51,223 nt of DNA from an uncultured Collinsella sp. (lineage in GTDB: Bacteria > Actinomycetota > Coriobacteriia > Coriobacteriales > Coriobacteriaceae): assembly GCA_900554465.1 (NCBI GenBank), contig USHF01000001.1, positions 1 through 51,223 of the forward strand, given 5' to 3'. Position 1 is the first letter of the stretch. Each line of letters opens with the position of its first letter. Below, piece after piece: positions 46,917-51,223 of this stretch. The notes under the pieces are model-generated. The model saw only the letters and a program-made list of their open reading frames with translations. It did no database searches and was not told the origin of the DNA. The position numbers and the translations under genes are program-made.

Positions 46917-47654
46917 ATGGCTAAGGCAAAGAACACCGATAAGCTCGTTGTACAGAATGCCGCCAAGACCCTTCTGGCCAACATCCGCTTTGCGAGCGTG
47001 GACGACCCCATTCGCACCATTACCGTCACGTCCTCGATTCCCAACGAGGGCAAGTCTACGGTTTCCATTAACCTTGCTCAGGCAATCGCCACGAGCGGCA
47101 AGTCCGTGCTCCTGGTCGAGTGCGATATGCGCCGCAGGTCCCTTGCCGATATGCTTGGCGTCCGCTCCCGCGGTGGACTCTATGCGGTCCTTTCCGAGCA
47201 GATCTCCATTGACCAGGCAATTGTCGAGACGGGTCAGAAGAACTTCTACTTCCTCGATGCCGAGCCGCATATTCCCAATCCTGCCGACATCATCGTCTCT
47301 CACCGCTTTTCCAAGTTGGTCAAGGCACTGTCTGCTAAGTTCCAGTACGTCATCTTCGATGCTCCCCCGGTTGGCACCTTCATCGATGCTGCCGAGATTG
47401 CCAGCCTGACCGACGGCGCGCTGTTCGTGGTGCGCGAGAACTTTACCAAGCGCGAAGAGGCGCTCAACGCCATCGGTCAGCTTAAGAAGTCCGAGAAGGT
47501 CAAGCTCATCGGTACCGTCATGAATTACTGTGAGACCGAGACCAGCGAGTACTACTATTCTTACTACACCAAGGACGGTAAGAAGGTTAAGAAGGGCTCC
47601 GACGGTCAGGGCACTTCCAAAAAGGGCATCTTCACCAACCGAGCAAACGTTTAG
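46917..47654 (+). CDS. BY-kinase (CpsD/CapB family tyrosine kinase)
   Basis: TSSIPNEGKST, CDMRR, FDAPP, C-terminal tyrosine cluster EYYYSYY. Confidence 0.93.
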   Translation: MAKAKNTDKLVVQNAAKTLLANIRFASVDDPIRTITVTSSIPNEGKSTVSINLAQAIATSGKSVLLVECDMRRRSLADMLGVRSRGGLYAVLSEQISIDQAIVETGQKNFYFLDAEPHIPNPADIIVSHRFSKLVKALSAKFQYVIFDAPPVGTFIDAAEIASLTDGALFVVRENFTKREEALNAIGQLKKSEKVKLIGTVMNYCETETSEYYYSYYTKDGKKVKKGSDGQGTSKKGIFTNRANV

Positions 47655-47671
47655 TTGATTAGGGCCGACCT

Positions 47672-48322
47672 ATGCGTGACATTCATTGCCATATCTTGCC
47701 GGGTGTAGACGACGGCGCCGCCGATCTCGATGAGAGCTTGGCGATGCTCGAGGCTGCCAAGCGGGCCGGTGTAACCAGAATCGTTTGCACTCCTCACTGC
47801 CGTGATCCCTATTTTGATTACGACAAGATGTGGGATGCCTTTGAGCTGCTGCGCGATAACGCTGACGGTTTTCCGCTCCAGATGGGCTTCGAGGTCAACC
47901 ATCGAAAGCTCGTTGAACTTGGTATCGATGCCGCGGAGCACTTGCATTTCGATGGGACCAACGAGTTTCTGCTCGAGCTTTCGACGCATGCCGATGCGTA
48001 TGCGTTTAGAGAATACGAGAACACGATTTACGATTTGCAGTGCCGTGGCTACCAGGTGATCATCGCTCATCCTGAGCGCTATCGTGCGGTTCAAAAGGAT
48101 GTAAGCGTGGCGGAACGCCTGGTCGATATGGGCTGCAAGCTGCAGGCTTCGGCGGACTTTATTGCCGGTGGTCGCTTTGGTCGCGAGAAAAAGCCGGCCC
48201 AGCGCCTGTTCGATCAGAACCTGTACAGCTTCATCGCGAGCGATGCCCATAATGTGGGTCATTACGACTGCCTGGCGAAGGCTCGCGCGAAGTTTAGCGT
48301 GCGCGGAGCTCATTTTCGCTAA
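47672..48322 (+). CDS. PHP-family tyrosine phosphatase (CpsB/CapC)
   Basis: DIHCHILPGVDDG, TPH, AHPERY, ASDAH. Confidence 0.93.
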   Translation: MRDIHCHILPGVDDGAADLDESLAMLEAAKRAGVTRIVCTPHCRDPYFDYDKMWDAFELLRDNADGFPLQMGFEVNHRKLVELGIDAAEHLHFDGTNEFLLELSTHADAYAFREYENTIYDLQCRGYQVIIAHPERYRAVQKDVSVAERLVDMGCKLQASADFIAGGRFGREKKPAQRLFDQNLYSFIASDAHNVGHYDCLAKARAKFSVRGAHFR

Positions 48323-48361
48323 AATCTGTCCCTAACGTTCGCGTTGAATGAAAGGGCAGCC

Positions 48362-48862
48362 ATGGATATCCAACTTAAGACGGGATGCTTTGATGATGCG
48401 GCGTTGGTGCGCCGCGTCGTTTTTATGGACGAGCAGGGCTACGAGAATGAGTTCGACGCTATCGACGAGGACCCGAACTGCATTCATGTGACGCTCTATG
48501 TAGACGGCGAGCTTGCCGGTTGCTCGCGCGTGTTTCCCGAAGAGCTTGAGCGCGCGGCTGACGCAGAGGCTCCGGTGTCGCCGGCGTGCGACTTGGACGA
48601 AGGCGTCGCAGCGGGGGAGACCTACATTATGGGGCGCGTCGCCGTGCTGCCGGCTATGCGTCGTCGTGGTCTGGCGAGCAAGATTGTCGAGGCCAGTGAT
48701 ACGTGCGCGCGTGATGCCGGCGCCAAGCTCATTAAGCTGCACGCGCAGGAATACGTGCTGCCGCTCTATGCCAAGGCGGGTTACACGCAGATTGCCCCGG
48801 TGGACTACGAAGACGAGGGCCAGCCCCATGTTTGGATGGCCAAGCGCGTAGATGGCAGATAG
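48362..48862 (+). CDS. GNAT family N-acetyltransferase (ElaA/YjcF-like)
   Basis: VRRVVFMDEQG, GRVAVL...RRRGLA, LHAQ, Y.K.GY, PHVWM. Confidence 0.88.
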   Translation: MDIQLKTGCFDDAALVRRVVFMDEQGYENEFDAIDEDPNCIHVTLYVDGELAGCSRVFPEELERAADAEAPVSPACDLDEGVAAGETYIMGRVAVLPAMRRRGLASKIVEASDTCARDAGAKLIKLHAQEYVLPLYAKAGYTQIAPVDYEDEGQPHVWMAKRVDGR

Positions 48863-49064
48863 GGACGTTCCTTTCCTGCCGGCAGTCGGGGACACCCCTT
48901 GGCAATTGGCGCATCAGAGCGTTTGGACATACAGTTTTTCGATTCCGTATGTATATATGCGCGCTAATGGGTTATAAAATCTAAGTCTGGACATAGCAGG
49001 TCTGCGATGCGGCTCGGGCAACTGGGCCGTTTTTGCGGACGGGGGTAGCGCGAAAGGACTGCAC

Positions 49065-51089
49065 ATGCGTCAATTTAAGACCGAGAGCAAAAAACTGCTC
49101 GACCTCATGATCAACTCCATCTACACCAATAAGGAAATCTTCCTGCGCGAGCTTATCTCCAACGCGAGCGACGCCGTCGACAAGCTCAACTTTAAGAGCC
49201 TGCAGGACCCGAGTGTCAAGCTCGACCAGGGCGACCTGGCTATTCGCGTCTCTTTTGATAAAGACGCCCGCACCATTACCATCTCGGATAACGGCATTGG
49301 CATGACCGCCGAGGAGCTCGAGCGCAATCTGGGCACCATCGCCCATTCCGGCTCCGAGGAGTTTAAGACCGAGAACGCCGAGCAACAGGGCTCCGATGTC
49401 GACATCATCGGCCAGTTTGGCGTGGGCTTCTACTCTGCCTTTATGGTTGCCAGCCACGTAAAGGTTGTCAGCCGCGCCTATGGCGAGGACACCGCTCACG
49501 TGTGGGAGTCTGATGGTCTTGAGGGTTACACCATCGAAGACGGCGAGCGCGCCGAGCACGGCACCGATGTCATCCTGACGCTGCGCGAGAACGAGAAGCT
49601 CGACGCCGACGGCGAGGCCGAGACCTACGATCGCTTCCTGACCGAGTGGGGCCTCAAGAGCCTGATTCAGCAGTACAGCAACTATGTGCGCTACCCGATT
49701 CAGATGATGGTGAGCAAGAGCCGCCAGAAACCCAAGCCCGAGGACGCCGGCGACGACTACAAGCCCGAGTACGAGGACTACCAGGAGCTCGAGACCATCA
49801 ACTCCATGACGCCGATCTGGAAAAAGCGCAGCTCCGACGTTGAGCAGAAGGATTACAACGAGTTCTACAAGTCCACGTTCCACGACTTTGACGATCCCGC
49901 GCGCACTATCAGCTTCCATGCCGAGGGTACGCTTGAGTACGATGCGCTGCTGTTTGTGCCGGGTCGCGCCCCGTTCGATCTGTACAGCAAGGACTACGAG
50001 AAGGGCCTGGCGCTCTACAGTTCCAACGTGCTGATTATGGAGAAGTGCGACGACCTGCTGCCCGACTACTACAACTTTGTGCGCGGTGTCGTGGACTCTG
50101 CCGACGTGACGCTCAACATCTCGCGTGAGACGCTGCAACAGAACCGTCAGCTCAAGGCCATTGCCAAGCGTGTCGAGAAGAAGATCACTGCCGATCTTGA
50201 GGACATGCGCGACAACGACCGCGAGGCATACGAGAAGTTCTTTGAGAACTTTGGTCGCGGTCTGAAGTACGGCATCTACTCGAGCTACGGCATGAAGGCC
50301 GACGAGCTCGCCGACCTGCTGCTGTTCTGGTCTGCCAAGGAGCAGAAGATGATCACCCTGGCCGAGTATGCCAAGGGCATGCCCGAGGATCAGAAGGCCA
50401 TCTACTACGCCGCCGGCGACTCGCGTGAGCGCTTGGCCAAGATGCCCGTGGTAAAGGGCGTGCTCGAGCGCGGCTATGACGTGCTGTTGCTGACGCAGGA
50501 TGTGGATGAGTTCACGTTCCAGGCTATGCGTGAGTACGTGGCCGCCGATATGCCCAAGATCTACGAGGACGACGCCGCCCGCGAGGCTGCCGAAAAGGCC
50601 GTTGCCGACGGTGCCGAGCCCGAGGTCGAGGATCGTCACCTGGAGCTCAAGAACGTTGCGACTGGCGATCTTGATCTGGCGACCGAGGACGAAAAGAAGG
50701 AGGCCGAGGACGCCACCAAGGAAAACGAGGACCTCTTTAGTGCTATGAAGGAGGCGCTCGGTGGCAAGGTCGAGAAAGTTGCCGTCTCCGCGCGCTTGAC
50801 CGATGCCCCCGCCTGCATCACCACCGAAGGCCCGCTTTCGCTCGAGATGGAGAAGGTGCTCCAGAAGGGTCCCGAGGGTGCGCCCGACGGCATGCCCAAG
50901 AGCCAGCGCGTGCTCGAGCTCAACGCCAAGCACCCGGTCTTTGACAAGCTTGTCGCTGCCCAGAAGGCAGGCGACGCCGACAAGATCAAGCAGTACTCCG
51001 GTCTGCTCTATGACCAGGCTCTGCTGGTCGAGGGCATTCTCCCCGAGGACCCCGTTGCCTTCGCGGCGGCTGTCTGCGAGCTGATGTAA
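49065..51089 (+). CDS. htpG: Molecular chaperone HtpG (Hsp90)
   Basis: IYTNKEIFLRELISNASDA, DNGIGMT, NLGTIA.SG, IGQFGVGFYSAF, LNISRE.LQ. Confidence 0.98.
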   Translation: MRQFKTESKKLLDLMINSIYTNKEIFLRELISNASDAVDKLNFKSLQDPSVKLDQGDLAIRVSFDKDARTITISDNGIGMTAEELERNLGTIAHSGSEEFKTENAEQQGSDVDIIGQFGVGFYSAFMVASHVKVVSRAYGEDTAHVWESDGLEGYTIEDGERAEHGTDVILTLRENEKLDADGEAETYDRFLTEWGLKSLIQQYSNYVRYPIQMMVSKSRQKPKPEDAGDDYKPEYEDYQELETINSMTPIWKKRSSDVEQKDYNEFYKSTFHDFDDPARTISFHAEGTLEYDALLFVPGRAPFDLYSKDYEKGLALYSSNVLIMEKCDDLLPDYYNFVRGVVDSADVTLNISRETLQQNRQLKAIAKRVEKKITADLEDMRDNDREAYEKFFENFGRGLKYGIYSSYGMKADELADLLLFWSAKEQKMITLAEYAKGMPEDQKAIYYAAGDSRERLAKMPVVKGVLERGYDVLLLTQDVDEFTFQAMREYVAADMPKIYEDDAAREAAEKAVADGAEPEVEDRHLELKNVATGDLDLATEDEKKEAEDATKENEDLFSAMKEALGGKVEKVAVSARLTDAPACITTEGPLSLEMEKVLQKGPEGAPDGMPKSQRVLELNAKHPVFDKLVAAQKAGDADKIKQYSGLLYDQALLVEGILPEDPVAFAAAVCELM

Positions 51090-51093
51090 CTTA

Positions 51094-51179
51094 GTTACGC
51101 CGTTCTACCGAACGGCGTAACGGCTCGACGCTGCCCTTCGTTCCGCCGTTCTAACGAACGGCGGACCAGCCGACGCTGC
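51094..51179. repeat. Tandem pair of REP-like hairpins after htpG
   Basis: GTTACGCCGTTCTACCGAACGGCGTAAC (51094-51121) and GTTCCGCCGTTCTAACGAACGGCGGACC (51140-51167), each followed by CGACGCTGC. Confidence 0.75.
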
Positions 51180-51223
51180 GCGGTCACCAGAGCGATAACT
51201 TGTCATTCAAAGAGGGCGGCATG

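Overview
GC-rich chromosomal segment that looks like a Coriobacteriia (Collinsella-like) gut actinobacterium; the taxon is inferred from gene content and codon style, not from a search. The housekeeping backbone is pheS (partial)-pheT, pyk, rsgA, rsmI-metG-rsmA-tatD, rlmH, proC, serS and htpG, plus four tRNAs (Phe-GAA, Leu-CAG, Arg-ACG, Ser-GCT). Other loci are a NikMN-Q-O nickel ECF transporter behind a 28-bp NikR-type operator, a P2A-type cation ATPase, a monoderm Tad/Flp pilus operon of about 12 genes ending in DUF192, a small toxin-antitoxin-like pair, a GH5-fold protein with an altered active site, a DD-carboxypeptidase divergent from a VanRS-like two-component system, pstB-phoP-phoR and a stand-alone cpsC/D/B tyrosine-kinase module. 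The most unusual signals are non-coding: (i) a two-hairpin kissing-loop leader that sequesters the ATPase RBS (candidate undescribed riboswitch); (ii) a 129-bp element flanked by a 60-bp duplication of the tRNA-Leu 3' end, with antisense copies of the cognate T-arm downstream of both tRNA-Leu and tRNA-Ser; (iii) a covarying tandem structured repeat before rsgA; (iv) several MITE/REP-like palindromes. All family assignments come from motif recognition by eye; no database search was run.
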